A stretch of 64,000 bases of DNA, taken from Burkholderiales bacterium. GTDB lineage: Bacteria; Pseudomonadota; Gammaproteobacteria; Burkholderiales; JAEUOS01. Of the stretch, positions 19,779 to 29,485 are shown piece by piece (the first letter of the stretch is position 1; each line of letters opens with the position of its first letter). A program made the translations under genes and the position numbers. A model generated the notes under the pieces. That model was given only the letters and a program-made list of their open reading frames with translations. It searched no databases and was not told the origin of the DNA. The stretch lies in the NCBI GenBank assembly GCA_965279115.1, contig OZ257137.1, positions 1,078,587-1,142,586 of the forward strand. Direction: 5' to 3'.

Positions 19779-20969
19779 GTGCTGCGACGTGCCCACGCGC
19801 GGACAGTAGCCTGGCTTTGTGCGGCCCTGCTGGCGCCTGACCTGCAAGCGCAGGGCGGCAACGCCGAGGAACTCAAGGAACTGCGCGGTCGCATCGATTC
19901 CCTGAAGCGTGACATCGACCGCGCTGAAGGCAACCGGGCTGAGGCGGCAGATTCGCTGCGGGAATCGGAGCGGGCGATTTCGGAGGCCAATCGCGCCCTG
20001 CGCGAACTGTCAGAGGAAAAAAAGGGAGCGGAATCGCGCCTGCAGGAACTTGGCCGCAAGACCCGCACAGTGGGCGAGACGACCGGCGCACAGAACGCCC
20101 GCCTGTCACGCCTGATCCATGACGAGTACATAAAACACGAGCGCGGTTACGTCCAGATGCTGTTTTCCGGCGAAAGCCCCGCTGCGGCCGCTCGGGAAAT
20201 CCACTACGCAAGCTACATTTCCCGCGCGCAGGCACGCCTGATCGAAAGCCTGCGAGCCAACCTGCAGGAATTGCAACGTCTTGCCGGCGAGGCGCGCGAG
20301 AAAACCGCGCAGCTGGCCGAGATCGAAACCCGCCAGCGCAGCGAGCGCGAGCAACTGTCGCGCGAATCGGAGGCGCGCAAGAAGGTGCTGGAACGCCTGG
20401 CGACGCAGATCAAGTCGCAGCGGCGCGAGGTTTCGACCCTGGAACGCAACGAAAAGCGTCTCACGGACCTGATCGAGAAGCTGGCCCGCCTGGCCCAGCC
20501 GAAGGCGCCGGCGGAACCGGCCAGGCGCGGCGCCAGGCGCAACGACGCCCTCCCCGAGGCCGGATTTTCCGGCGCGTTCGCGTCCCTGCGCGGCAAGCTG
20601 CGCCTGCCCACCCGGGGGGAGCTCTCCGGACGTTTCGGCAGCCAGCGCGAGGGAGGCGGAACCACCTGGAAGGGCGTGTTCATCCGTGCCCAGCAAGGCG
20701 AGGAAGTCCGCTCGGTTGCACCAGGACGGGTAGTTTTCGCAGACTGGATGCGCGGCTTCGGCAACCTCATCATCGTCGACCATGGCAACGACTACCTGAG
20801 CATCTACGGAAACAACGAAACGTTGTTCCGGCAGGCTGGAGACGCGGTCGGCAGCGGAGATTCGATCGCTCGCGTCGGCAGTAGCGGAGGCAACGCGGAA
20901 ACGGGTCTATACTTTGAATTGCGACACCATGGCAAGCCATTTGACCCGCTTTCGTGGGCCAAAAAGTAG
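19779..20969 (+). CDS. envC: Murein hydrolase activator EnvC-like (coiled coil plus M23/LytM domain)
   Basis: Signal sequence, a long coiled-coil region, and a C-terminal LytM domain (FGNLIIVDHG...SIYGNN...GLYFELRHHG). Confidence 0.85.
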   Translation: MLRRAHARTVAWLCAALLAPDLQAQGGNAEELKELRGRIDSLKRDIDRAEGNRAEAADSLRESERAISEANRALRELSEEKKGAESRLQELGRKTRTVGETTGAQNARLSRLIHDEYIKHERGYVQMLFSGESPAAAAREIHYASYISRAQARLIESLRANLQELQRLAGEAREKTAQLAEIETRQRSEREQLSRESEARKKVLERLATQIKSQRREVSTLERNEKRLTDLIEKLARLAQPKAPAEPARRGARRNDALPEAGFSGAFASLRGKLRLPTRGELSGRFGSQREGGGTTWKGVFIRAQQGEEVRSVAPGRVVFADWMRGFGNLIIVDHGNDYLSIYGNNETLFRQAGDAVGSGDSIARVGSSGGNAETGLYFELRHHGKPFDPLSWAKK

Positions 20970-21103
20970 TAGCTTTGTTGGCTCTGCGAGGGAACCAACT
21001 GACTTGCGATGGCGTCCCAGTCTTGTATCGGGTCGCGGGTTTGGGCGTTGTGTCAAAACCGGTTGGAAGCCAGCATGGTGCCCCTGAGGTGCCGGAGCCA
21101 AAC

Positions 21104-22516
21104 ATGAACGGCAAATGGAAAAGTAGCAGTCTGGTCGGCGTAGGCGTGGTGGCAGGCGTGCTGCTGGGCCTCAATTTTTCGGCCATAGCCCAGCGTGAGG
21201 CGCGCAGCCCGCTGCCCCTGCCCGAAATCCAGACCCTTGCCGAGGTGTTTGGAAACATCAAGCGCGACTATGTCGATTCGGTTGACGACAAGAAGCTCCT
21301 GACCGGCGCGGTCAAGGGCATGCTCAGCGATCTCGATCCGCATTCGGCCTACCTGGACCCCGAGGAGAACAAGGAGTTCGAGACCAGCATCCGCGGTGAA
21401 TTCGGCGGCCTGGGCATTGAGGTCGGCACCGAAGACGGCTATGTCAAGGTGGTTTCGCCCATCGAGGACACCCCGGCATCGAAAGCGGGCATCAAGGCCG
21501 GCGACCTGATCGTCAAGATCGATGACACCTCGACCAAGGGCATTTCGCTGGGCGATGCGGTCAAGAGGATGCGCGGCAAGCCGAAGACCCCCATCAAGCT
21601 TACAGTGGCACGCAAGGGCGAGAACCGCCCACTGGAGTTCACCCTGATACGCGAAGTGATCCGCGTGCAAAGCGTCAAGGCGAAACTCATCGAACCCGGT
21701 TACGCCCACATCCGCCTCACCCAGTTCCAGGAGCGCACGGTCGACGACCTCGCCCGCGCCATCGAGCGCATGTACAAGGAGTCCAACGGCAAGTTGAATG
21801 GCCTGGTGCTTGACATGCGCAACAACCCCGGCGGCCTGCTGCATACGGCCATCGGCGTATCGGCCGCGTTTCTCGAGCCGCGTACCCTCGTAGTATCGTC
21901 GAACGGGCGCCTTCCCGACACCAAGCACGAATACATGGCCACACCCGAGGAGTACTCCTTCCGCAATCGCGAAGACGTGCTGCGCGGTCTGCCCCCCTCG
22001 ATCCGCACCGTGCCGATAGTCGTTTTGGTCAATGACGGCTCGGCGTCGGCCTCCGAAATCGTCGCCGGCGCGCTACAGGACCACAAACGCGCGGTCGTGA
22101 TGGGCCAGACCACCTTCGGCAAGGGGTCGGTGCAGACCAAGTTGAACCTGTCCAATGGCGCCGGGATGAAGCTCACCACGGCGCGCTACTACACGCCGTC
22201 CGGGCGTTCAATCCAGGCCAAGGGCATCATTCCCGACTGGACAGTCGCCGAAACCGCCGAAGGCGCGGTGCGCAGCGCGCGCATGCGCGAGGCCGATCTG
22301 GCCAACCATCTGACCAACGACAAGGATCCGGACGCTGAGAAGAAAGCCGCGGTGACCGAGCCTGCCAAGGCCGATGCCAAGCCGCCGGCGCGGATCGAAT
22401 TCGGCAGCAAGGAGGATTTCCAATTCCTCCAGGCGATGAACCTCCTGAAGGGGCAGCCAGTCAAGGGCGAAAAGATCAAGGAACCCACGCCCAAAACAGC
22501 GGAAGCCAAGAAATAG
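21104..22516 (+). CDS. ctpA: Carboxy-terminal processing peptidase (S41)
   Basis: N-terminal TM, PDZ region, and S41 motifs GLVLDMRNNPGG and SASASEIVAGALQD...FGKGSVQ. Confidence 0.9.
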   Translation: MNGKWKSSSLVGVGVVAGVLLGLNFSAIAQREARSPLPLPEIQTLAEVFGNIKRDYVDSVDDKKLLTGAVKGMLSDLDPHSAYLDPEENKEFETSIRGEFGGLGIEVGTEDGYVKVVSPIEDTPASKAGIKAGDLIVKIDDTSTKGISLGDAVKRMRGKPKTPIKLTVARKGENRPLEFTLIREVIRVQSVKAKLIEPGYAHIRLTQFQERTVDDLARAIERMYKESNGKLNGLVLDMRNNPGGLLHTAIGVSAAFLEPRTLVVSSNGRLPDTKHEYMATPEEYSFRNREDVLRGLPPSIRTVPIVVLVNDGSASASEIVAGALQDHKRAVVMGQTTFGKGSVQTKLNLSNGAGMKLTTARYYTPSGRSIQAKGIIPDWTVAETAEGAVRSARMREADLANHLTNDKDPDAEKKAAVTEPAKADAKPPARIEFGSKEDFQFLQAMNLLKGQPVKGEKIKEPTPKTAEAKK

Positions 22517-22541
22517 GCTGTCGACGCGCGCGGCTTGGAAA

Positions 22542-22567
22542 CAGGGGCTGCATGCCCCTGTTTTTTT
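22542..22567 (+). terminator. Rho-independent terminator after ctp
   Basis: Stem CAGGGGC (22542-22548) / GCCCCTG (22554-22560), 5-nt loop, then TTTTTTT (22561-22567). Confidence 0.8.
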
Positions 22568-22592
22568 GTCACGATTCCGACAGAACGTGTAC

Positions 22593-23336
22593 ATGGACGA
22601 CGATCAACTGTTGCGCTACTCGCGCCACATCCTATTGCCGCAAGTCGGCATCGAGGGACAGGAACGCCTGCTCGGCAGCCATGCGCTAATCATAGGCGCC
22701 GGTGGCCTGGGTTCGCCAGCAGCGCTTTACCTTGCGACCGCCGGCGTGGGACGGATCACGCTGGCCGATGGCGACACGGTCGACCTCACCAACCTGCAAC
22801 GGCAGATCCTGCATCGTACTTCCAGTGTCGGCCAGCCGAAGGCCGCCTCGGGACGCCGGACACTGGCGGAATACAACCCGGGCATCACGGTGGTCGCACT
22901 GGAAAAACGCGCCGAAGGGCCGTTGCTGGACGAATTGGTGGCCAGTGCCGATGTGGTGCTCGACTGTTGCGACAATTTCGCCACCCGCCATGCGGTCAAC
23001 CGCGCCTGTGTACGCCATGCCAAACCTCTGGTGTCCGGGGCAGCGATACGCTTTGACGGGCAAGTGAGCGTGTTCGACATGCGCCGTGCCGATGCGCCCT
23101 GCTACCAATGCCTGTTCCCCGAAGGCCAGGATGTCGACGAGTCCCGCTGTGCGGTGATGGGCGTGTTCGCACCGATTACCGGCATCATCGGAACGGTGCA
23201 GGCTGCCGAAGCACTGAAGGTGCTGGCCGACATCGGCGAGACCCTCAACGGACGCCTGCTTCTGCTCGACGGCCTGTCGATGGAGTGGCGGCAGGTGCGC
23301 CTGAAGAAGGACAGCGCCTGCGCCGTGTGCGCCTAG
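22593..23336 (+). CDS. moeB: Molybdopterin-synthase adenylyltransferase MoeB (ThiF/E1-like)
   Basis: YSRHILLP...GAGGLGS nucleotide motif. CxxC pairs (CYQC...CAVC). Confidence 0.85.
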   Translation: MDDDQLLRYSRHILLPQVGIEGQERLLGSHALIIGAGGLGSPAALYLATAGVGRITLADGDTVDLTNLQRQILHRTSSVGQPKAASGRRTLAEYNPGITVVALEKRAEGPLLDELVASADVVLDCCDNFATRHAVNRACVRHAKPLVSGAAIRFDGQVSVFDMRRADAPCYQCLFPEGQDVDESRCAVMGVFAPITGIIGTVQAAEALKVLADIGETLNGRLLLLDGLSMEWRQVRLKKDSACAVCA

Positions 23337-23371
23337 GGCGTCACGACGCTCCGAGGCGGTCCGGATTGCCT

Positions 23372-23944
23372 TCAGCCCAGCAGCAGTGGCAACTGGCGAT
23401 CCAGCCCGTCGACCGGCGATTTCTTGAAGCCGCTTTTGGCAAACTGGTGCCAGCGCCCGATCACGTAGCACAGGAGCGCGTTGGCCTGCGCGGAGACATC
23501 CACGGACGTGGGAATCGTGCCCTGGCTGACCGCGATACGGATCGACTGCTTGAGGCTGGCTTCGAGCTTGTCTGACAAGGCATTGATGCGCGCCTGCAAG
23601 CGCTCATTTTCATTGACCAGCGCATCGCCGATCAGGACGCGGGTCATGCCCGGATTTTGCGCCGCGAAGCGCAATGTCATGGTCACGACCGCATGCACCT
23701 GCCTGAGTCCGTCGGCTTCGTCCGCAGTGATTCTGTTGATCAAGCCGAACAGCGAGCCTTCGATGAATTCGATCAAACCCTCGAACATCTGCGCCTTGCT
23801 GGCGAAATGCCGGTACAACGCGGCCTCCGACACCTGCAGGCGTTCCGCCAGGGCGGCCGTGGTGATCTTTTCACCCTTGGGGGACTCCAGCATCTGCGCT
23901 ATCAGCTGGAGGATCTGGGTCTTGCGTTCTCCGGAGCGGGCCAT
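23372..23944 (-). CDS. slmA: Nucleoid occlusion factor SlmA (TetR family)
   Basis: Strong resemblance to E. coli SlmA along the whole length (ITTAALA..L.VSEAALYRHF.SK..MF..LIEFIE.SL; NPGLTRVL). Confidence 0.85.
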   Translation of the reverse strand: MARSGERKTQILQLIAQMLESPKGEKITTAALAERLQVSEAALYRHFASKAQMFEGLIEFIEGSLFGLINRITADEADGLRQVHAVVTMTLRFAAQNPGMTRVLIGDALVNENERLQARINALSDKLEASLKQSIRIAVSQGTIPTSVDVSAQANALLCYVIGRWHQFAKSGFKKSPVDGLDRQLPLLLG

Positions 23945-23983
23945 CTTGTCCTGGGTGCGAAGTTGGATCGCGAGGCATGAATC

Positions 23984-24658
23984 TCAACGCGTCGCCAGTT
24001 GGCGGCGCCATGGCATGCGTGAGTACTTACTCAATTGAAGCACCGATTTGAGCTTGACGTCAACAAAGGCCGGTCGACCGGGTTCCCGTGAAACCCAGAT
24101 CGTGGTCAGCCCCAGCCGGCGCGCCGTCCTGAGGTTGTCCAGGTTGTCCTCCACCATGACCACACGGCGCGCATGCCCACGATGGCGGCGCAGGATGCGC
24201 GCCAGCGACGAACGCGCAGGCTTGGGCACGTAACGCATTGATTCAATGGTTTCGATGGCATGCAAATGCGGGCCCACCCCCATCACCGCCAGCACCGCAT
24301 CCACGTAGTGGCGCGGCGCGTTCGAGGCGATGATCTTGCGGCCAGGCAAGGTCTTGAGCAGCCGGCGCAATGGACGGTCATAGTCCAGCAGCCGGTCGAG
24401 ATCGGGAAACTGGTGGGTTTCCTGCAGGAAATGGTCGGGGTCGACCGCATGTCGGCGCATCAGCCCCAGCAAGGTCGCACCATAGCGCTGCCAGTATTCG
24501 CGACGCAATTCGTTGGCGGCGGGCTCGGCGAGGTCGAGGTGCCGCATGACATATTCCGTCATGGAACGGTTCATGCGGTCGAAAATGTGCGGCGTGGCGC
24601 GATGCAGGGTGTCGTCGAGGTCGAACAGCCAAAGGGTGCGGTTGCGGTCGGGATGCAA
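23984..24658 (-). CDS. HAD-superfamily pyrimidine 5'-nucleotidase-like hydrolase
   Basis: WLFDLDDTLH (HAD motif I), ASNAP (motif II region), VMVEDNLDNL (motif IV). Confidence 0.75.
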   Translation of the reverse strand: MHPDRNRTLWLFDLDDTLHRATPHIFDRMNRSMTEYVMRHLDLAEPAANELRREYWQRYGATLLGLMRRHAVDPDHFLQETHQFPDLDRLLDYDRPLRRLLKTLPGRKIIASNAPRHYVDAVLAVMGVGPHLHAIETIESMRYVPKPARSSLARILRRHRGHARRVVMVEDNLDNLRTARRLGLTTIWVSREPGRPAFVDVKLKSVLQLSKYSRMPWRRQLATR

Positions 24659-24691
24659 GGCGGACGCGTCAGTGTGATTAAACTTCGGTCG

Positions 24692-25144
24692 ATGCGATTG
24701 TCACCCAACTTCACGCTTGCCGAGTTGATCCGCTCGGAAACGGCCGAACGCCTGGGCATCGACAATCGTCCCGGACCGGACCATGTGGCCAACCTGGGCC
24801 GCCTCGCCGCGACGATGGAGCAGGTCCTGGTAGTGCTCGGTCAACCTGTCGCGATCAACAGCGGCTACCGTTCGCCCGCCCTCAACGCCGCCGTCGGCGG
24901 CGCACCGCAGTCCCGTCACGCACTGGGGCTGGCCATCGATTTCACATGTGCCGGATTTGGCACCCCGCTGCAGGTCGCACAAGCGATCGCGGCATCTTCC
25001 CTGCCGTACGACCAGTTGATCCATGAGTTCGGGCGCTGGGTGCACCTGGGCCTCTCAACGCAACCGGATGCGCCACGGCGCCAGTTACTGACCATCTGCA
25101 ACAGCGCCGCCGGATACCTGGACGGACTCGTCGCCTGCCCGTAG
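24692..25144 (+). CDS. Peptidase M15A family (D-Ala-D-Ala carboxypeptidase / endolysin-like metallopeptidase)
   Basis: INSGYRSPALN...SRHALGLAIDF...HEFGRWVHL (Zn ligand pattern H..D..H). No signal peptide. The 5' part of the 294-aa ORF is antisense to the nucleotidase gene and is rejected. Confidence 0.7.
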   Translation: MRLSPNFTLAELIRSETAERLGIDNRPGPDHVANLGRLAATMEQVLVVLGQPVAINSGYRSPALNAAVGGAPQSRHALGLAIDFTCAGFGTPLQVAQAIAASSLPYDQLIHEFGRWVHLGLSTQPDAPRRQLLTICNSAAGYLDGLVACP

Positions 25145-25309
25145 CCGGACTGTTGCGTGGCCTTCGCTCGCTCACTCCTTGCTGCATCGCGGCGTGACAA
25201 GCGGCTTATATCAAATTAGCATTTACTTATATTATTAAGTTCGAACGCGGCAATGATACCCCTGCTGCGTTGCGCCGCCCAGCAGACAATGCAAAAAGGA
25301 ACCTCGAAA

Positions 25310-26647
25310 ATGGACGTTGGTGGCTTCATCGGCCGCGTCAAAGGCGCGCCTGAGAACTTTCTCGACGCTCGACAGATTCGCGCCGTCCAGTCGGGCCGGC
25401 GCGAGTTCCTGCGCAACACCCTGTTGGCGGCGGGCGCCGCCACCGCCGCACCCGCGTTTGCGCAAACACAGGGGGACAAGCTGATTCTCGAACCCCAGCC
25501 GCATGCCACATCGCTGGGCCAGCCGGTCGCGGTCACCGGGTACGGGATGCCATCGAAACATGAGCGCAACCTCATGCGGCGCGAATCACCCGGCCTCACC
25601 CGGGTTGGCGCTGCATCAGTGTCTTTCTCTCCCTTGCAAGGCATGTTCGGCATCATTACCGCGTCCGGCCTGCATTTCGAACGTCACCATCAGGGGTGGC
25701 ATGATCTTGATCCGTCCCGACACAGGCTCATGATCAACGGATCTGACGAACGGCTGGTAAAGCACCCCTCCATCTTCACCATCGATGATCTCATGCGCAT
25801 GCCATCGGTTTCGCGCATGCATTTCATCGAATGCGGCGCCAACACGGGCATGGAGTGGGGCAATGTTGCCGTGCCGACAGTCCAGTACACCCACGGCATG
25901 CTTTCCTGCGGCGAATTCACGGGTGTGCGCCTGCGCGACGTCCTCGACTATTGTGGCGCCGACTACAAGCGCGGTCGCTATGTGCTCGCTGAAGGGGGCG
26001 ATGGTTCCGGCCTTACACGGACCATCCCGATGGAACTGGTTGAAGCCGGGGAAGTGCTGCTCTGTTACGGCATGAACGGCGAAATGCTCCGTCCCGAGAA
26101 CGGCTATCCGTTGCGCCTGGTGGTGCCTGGCGTGCAGGGTGTCTCCTGGGTGAAATGGCTGCGACGCATCGAGGTCGGCGACGCACCCTATGGAGCGCGT
26201 GAAGAGGTCATGCACTACGTGGACATGATGCCGGACGGCACGCATCGTCAATACACCTCGACCCAGGAGTGCAAGTCGGTCATCACCACACCATCCGGCG
26301 GGCAAACCTTGCTGGACAAGGGATCCTATAACGTGACGGGGCTTGCATGGAGCGGACGCGGCAAGATTCGGCGCGTCGACGTCAGCTTCGACGGCGGGCG
26401 CAACTGGAAGACCGCGACCTTGCAGACGCCGGTGCTGTCGAAGTGCCTGACCAGATTCTCGCTACCTTGGTCATGGAACGGCGAAACGGCGATCCTGCAA
26501 AGCCGTGCCATCGACGAAACAGGCTATGTGCAGCCGCAAATGCGCCAGCTTCGGGCGGTCCGCGGCACGCGTTCGATTTATCACAACAACGCCATCCAGT
26601 CGTGGAAAGTTGAAACCTCGGGGGAGGTCAGCAATGTCCAGGTCTAG
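25310..26647 (+). CDS. soxC: Sulfane/sulfite dehydrogenase molybdopterin subunit SoxC
   Basis: Tat signal SGRREFLRNTLLAAGAATAAPAFAQ. Sulfite-oxidase-family Moco and dimerisation domains. ATG at 25310 has AAGGAA 9 nt upstream; an alternative ATG is at 25253. Confidence 0.88.
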   Translation: MDVGGFIGRVKGAPENFLDARQIRAVQSGRREFLRNTLLAAGAATAAPAFAQTQGDKLILEPQPHATSLGQPVAVTGYGMPSKHERNLMRRESPGLTRVGAASVSFSPLQGMFGIITASGLHFERHHQGWHDLDPSRHRLMINGSDERLVKHPSIFTIDDLMRMPSVSRMHFIECGANTGMEWGNVAVPTVQYTHGMLSCGEFTGVRLRDVLDYCGADYKRGRYVLAEGGDGSGLTRTIPMELVEAGEVLLCYGMNGEMLRPENGYPLRLVVPGVQGVSWVKWLRRIEVGDAPYGAREEVMHYVDMMPDGTHRQYTSTQECKSVITTPSGGQTLLDKGSYNVTGLAWSGRGKIRRVDVSFDGGRNWKTATLQTPVLSKCLTRFSLPWSWNGETAILQSRAIDETGYVQPQMRQLRAVRGTRSIYHNNAIQSWKVETSGEVSNVQV

Positions 26648-27674
26648 GCTGACTGTCGCACTGATCGCGCTGATGGTTTCGGTCACCGCTGGCGCGCAGT
26701 CAAAGTCCGCAGGCAACGTCGCCTGGACCGGTCTCGGACGCGCCGCAACACCCGCCGAGATCAAGGCATGGGACATCGACGTCCGACCGGATTTCAAGGG
26801 CCTTCCACCGGGGGCCGGCAGCGTCGCCAGGGGACAGGATATCTGGGAAGCCAAATGCACTTCCTGCCATGGCGTTTTCGGCGAATCCAACGAGGTGTTC
26901 ACCCCGATCGTCGGCGGCACCACCAAGAAGGATATCCAGACCGGGCGTGTCGAAGCGCTGTCGAAGGGCTCCGAAGCACAGCGCAGCACCATGATGAAAG
27001 TCTCGACGCTGTCCACGCTGTGGGACTACATCAACCGCGCCATGCCGTGGAACAACCCCAAGACCCTCACCCACGACGAGGTCTATGCGGTGACCGCCTA
27101 CATCCTCAACCTGGCCGATATCCTTCCTGCCGACTACACACTGTCCGACAGGAATATTCGCGAAGTGCAGGAAATGTTGCCGAATCGCCACGGCAAGTCG
27201 GCGAAGCACGGTTTCTGGTTGCCCACCGGAAAGCCTGATGTAAAGAACGTCGCTTGCATGCGCGATTGCGGCCCGGAACCAAAAATCGCCTCCCGCCTTC
27301 CGGACCATGCGCGCAATTCGCATGGAAACCTGGTCGAGCAGACGCGCAACCTGGGTGGCGTGCGTGGCCAGGTAACGCAAGCCATCACGGCAGCGGCGGA
27401 AAAGAAGTCCGAATTCGCCAGCGTCCGTGACCTGACCTCGAAAGCGGCGTGCCTCGGATGCCACGGTATCGACAAAAAGGTGGTCGGGCCGGGATTCAAT
27501 CAAGTCATGGAAAAATACGGCAAGCAGGACCAGGCGGAAGCGTACCTTGCCGGCAAGATTCGCAGTGGCGGACAGGGAACCTGGGGTCAGGTGGCAATGC
27601 CTCCCGCCACCATGATCAGCGAGTCCGAAGCGACACTTCTGGCACGCTGGATCCTGAAAGGCGCGCCCGAATAG
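26634..27674 (+). CDS. soxD: Diheme cytochrome c SoxD
   Basis: Signal peptide and two CxxCH sites (CTSCH, CLGCH). GGGGAGG SD. Overlaps the soxC end by 14 nt. Confidence 0.85.
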   Translation: MSRSRLTVALIALMVSVTAGAQSKSAGNVAWTGLGRAATPAEIKAWDIDVRPDFKGLPPGAGSVARGQDIWEAKCTSCHGVFGESNEVFTPIVGGTTKKDIQTGRVEALSKGSEAQRSTMMKVSTLSTLWDYINRAMPWNNPKTLTHDEVYAVTAYILNLADILPADYTLSDRNIREVQEMLPNRHGKSAKHGFWLPTGKPDVKNVACMRDCGPEPKIASRLPDHARNSHGNLVEQTRNLGGVRGQVTQAITAAAEKKSEFASVRDLTSKAACLGCHGIDKKVVGPGFNQVMEKYGKQDQAEAYLAGKIRSGGQGTWGQVAMPPATMISESEATLLARWILKGAPE

Positions 27675-27749
27675 CGGGTCAAGCCCGGCATTGGGCTACC
27701 CTTGCATCAAAACCCAAGTAATTTGCCGTCAACACACATGGAGATAGGT

Positions 27750-28229
27750 ATGCAAAAAATCGACACGGGGCGCCGACTGGTGCTCAAGCAAGGCTCTGCC
27801 AGCGCCGTGATGGGCTTGTTCGTCGCCGCCGGACTGGTCAGGTCTGGTGCCGCCCACGCCGCATGGAATCAGGCCGCGTTTTCCGCCAAGGGCGTCGAGC
27901 CGGTCGTCAAGGCGCTCGGTGGCGCAAGTCCGGCCGCCAGCAAGGAAGTCAGTTGGGGATCTACGCCGGAGATCGCCGAAAACGGCGCGGTGGTGCCGAT
28001 ATCCATCGAGAGCAAGATCCCCAAGACAGAATCGATCGCCATCCTGGTTGAAAAGAACCCGAGCAGTCTCGCCGCCGTGTTCACGGTCCCTGCCGGTACC
28101 GATCCGAGTGTCAGCACGCGCGTGAAGATGGGCGAAACCTCGCAAGTGCATGCACTGATCAAGGCCGACGGGAAATACTTCGTCGCCACCCGCGAGATCA
28201 AGGTCACCCTGGGCGGTTGCGGCGGCTAG
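27750..28229 (+). CDS. soxY: Sulfur carrier protein SoxY
   Basis: Tat-type signal (GRRLVLK). Ends in the diagnostic VTLGGCGG swinging-arm motif. GGAGA SD. Confidence 0.93.
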   Translation: MQKIDTGRRLVLKQGSASAVMGLFVAAGLVRSGAAHAAWNQAAFSAKGVEPVVKALGGASPAASKEVSWGSTPEIAENGAVVPISIESKIPKTESIAILVEKNPSSLAAVFTVPAGTDPSVSTRVKMGETSQVHALIKADGKYFVATREIKVTLGGCGG

Positions 28230-28267
28230 TCATTACCCATACATCACCGAGTTCGAAAGGAAACACC

Positions 28268-28582
28268 ATGGCAGACCCGATGCGCATCCGCGCCAAAATC
28301 GAAGGCACAAAGACCGTCGTACGCGTACTGATGGCCCACGAGATGGAAACCGGCCAGCGCCGCGACAGTGGCGGCAAGGTCATTCCGGCCCACTTCATCC
28401 AGGAAGTCACCGCAGTCCACAACGGCAAGAACGTGCTGGCGGCGGAATGGGGGCCGGCGATATCGAAGAACCCCTATCTCCAGTTCCAGTTCAGCGGTGC
28501 CAAGGCGGGCGACAAGATCACCATCAACTGGACCGACAACAAGGGCGACAAGCGCAGCGACGAAGCCACGGTGGCCGCCTGA
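28268..28582 (+). CDS. soxZ: SoxZ
   Basis: 104 aa: MADPMRIRAK...VRVLMAHEMETGQRRD...PAHFI. Typical SoxZ sequence, following soxY. Confidence 0.9.
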   Translation: MADPMRIRAKIEGTKTVVRVLMAHEMETGQRRDSGGKVIPAHFIQEVTAVHNGKNVLAAEWGPAISKNPYLQFQFSGAKAGDKITINWTDNKGDKRSDEATVAA

Positions 28583-28647
28583 TCCTCTGCCCTATGGCCG
28601 CGCGTCGACGCCAACCACCGCGCGCCCCCAAAAAACAAGGAGACACA

Positions 28648-29463
28648 ATGCAGACGCGATCTGGATACGCGATGGCCGGGCTCGCCCTGGCCTGCGCCGC
28701 GACATTGAGCATGGCCCAGTCCGGCGACGATACCGTGAAGAAGATCGAGGAGTATCGCCAGGCCCTGGCGGGCGGCAACCCGGCGGAACTGTGGGAGGCA
28801 CGCGGCGAAGACCTCTGGAAGAAGAAGGCCGGTCCGAAAAATGTCTCCCTGGAAACCTGCGACCTCGGAAAGGGACCCGGTGTGGTGGCAGGCGCTTATG
28901 CGGAATTGCCCCGTTACTTCGACGACGCAAACCGGGTGATGGATCTCGAGACACGTCTGGTGCACTGCCGCACCACCATCCAGGGACTCACAGCGGCGGA
29001 GGCCAAGGCCCGCCCCTTCGGCAACGGCAATCAACGTTCGGACAACGAAGCCCTGGTTGCCTTCATCACCGCGGAATCCAAGGGCGTGAAGATGAACGTC
29101 GCGCTCAACCACCCAAAGCTGCGCGAGGCATATCAGCTGGGCAAGAAGATGTTCTTCTTCCGTGGCGGCCCGCACGACTTCGCCTGCGCCACCTGCCATG
29201 CCGAAACCGGCAAGCGCATTCGTCTGCAGGATCTGCCCAACCTGACCGAGCAGAAGGATGCGCAGCGCGCCTACACCACCTGGCCCGCATACCGCGTATC
29301 CCAGGGGGAGTTGCGCACCTTCCAGTGGCGACTCAACGACTGCTTCCGGCAGCAACGATTCCCGGACCTCGAGTTCACCTCGGAGGCTTCGGTCGCGCTG
29401 ACGACATTTCTGGCCTACAACGCCAATGGCGCCGCGTTCAACGCGCCCGCCATCAAACGCTAG
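28648..29463 (+). CDS. soxA: SoxA cytochrome c (single CxxCH site)
   Basis: Signal peptide. Only one heme motif (CATCH), plus a conserved Cys in WRLNDCFRQQ (distal ligand position). AAGGAG SD. Confidence 0.88.
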   Translation: MQTRSGYAMAGLALACAATLSMAQSGDDTVKKIEEYRQALAGGNPAELWEARGEDLWKKKAGPKNVSLETCDLGKGPGVVAGAYAELPRYFDDANRVMDLETRLVHCRTTIQGLTAAEAKARPFGNGNQRSDNEALVAFITAESKGVKMNVALNHPKLREAYQLGKKMFFFRGGPHDFACATCHAETGKRIRLQDLPNLTEQKDAQRAYTTWPAYRVSQGELRTFQWRLNDCFRQQRFPDLEFTSEASVALTTFLAYNANGAAFNAPAIKR

Positions 29464-29485
29464 GCCGCCCACCGGAACCTGATAC

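Noticed and set aside
24260-24691. The N-terminal 144 codons of the 294-aa ORF that contains the M15 peptidase domain.
   Set aside because: This part is antisense to the well-supported HAD nucleotidase gene and has junk-like composition. The peptidase domain begins at the ATG at 24692.
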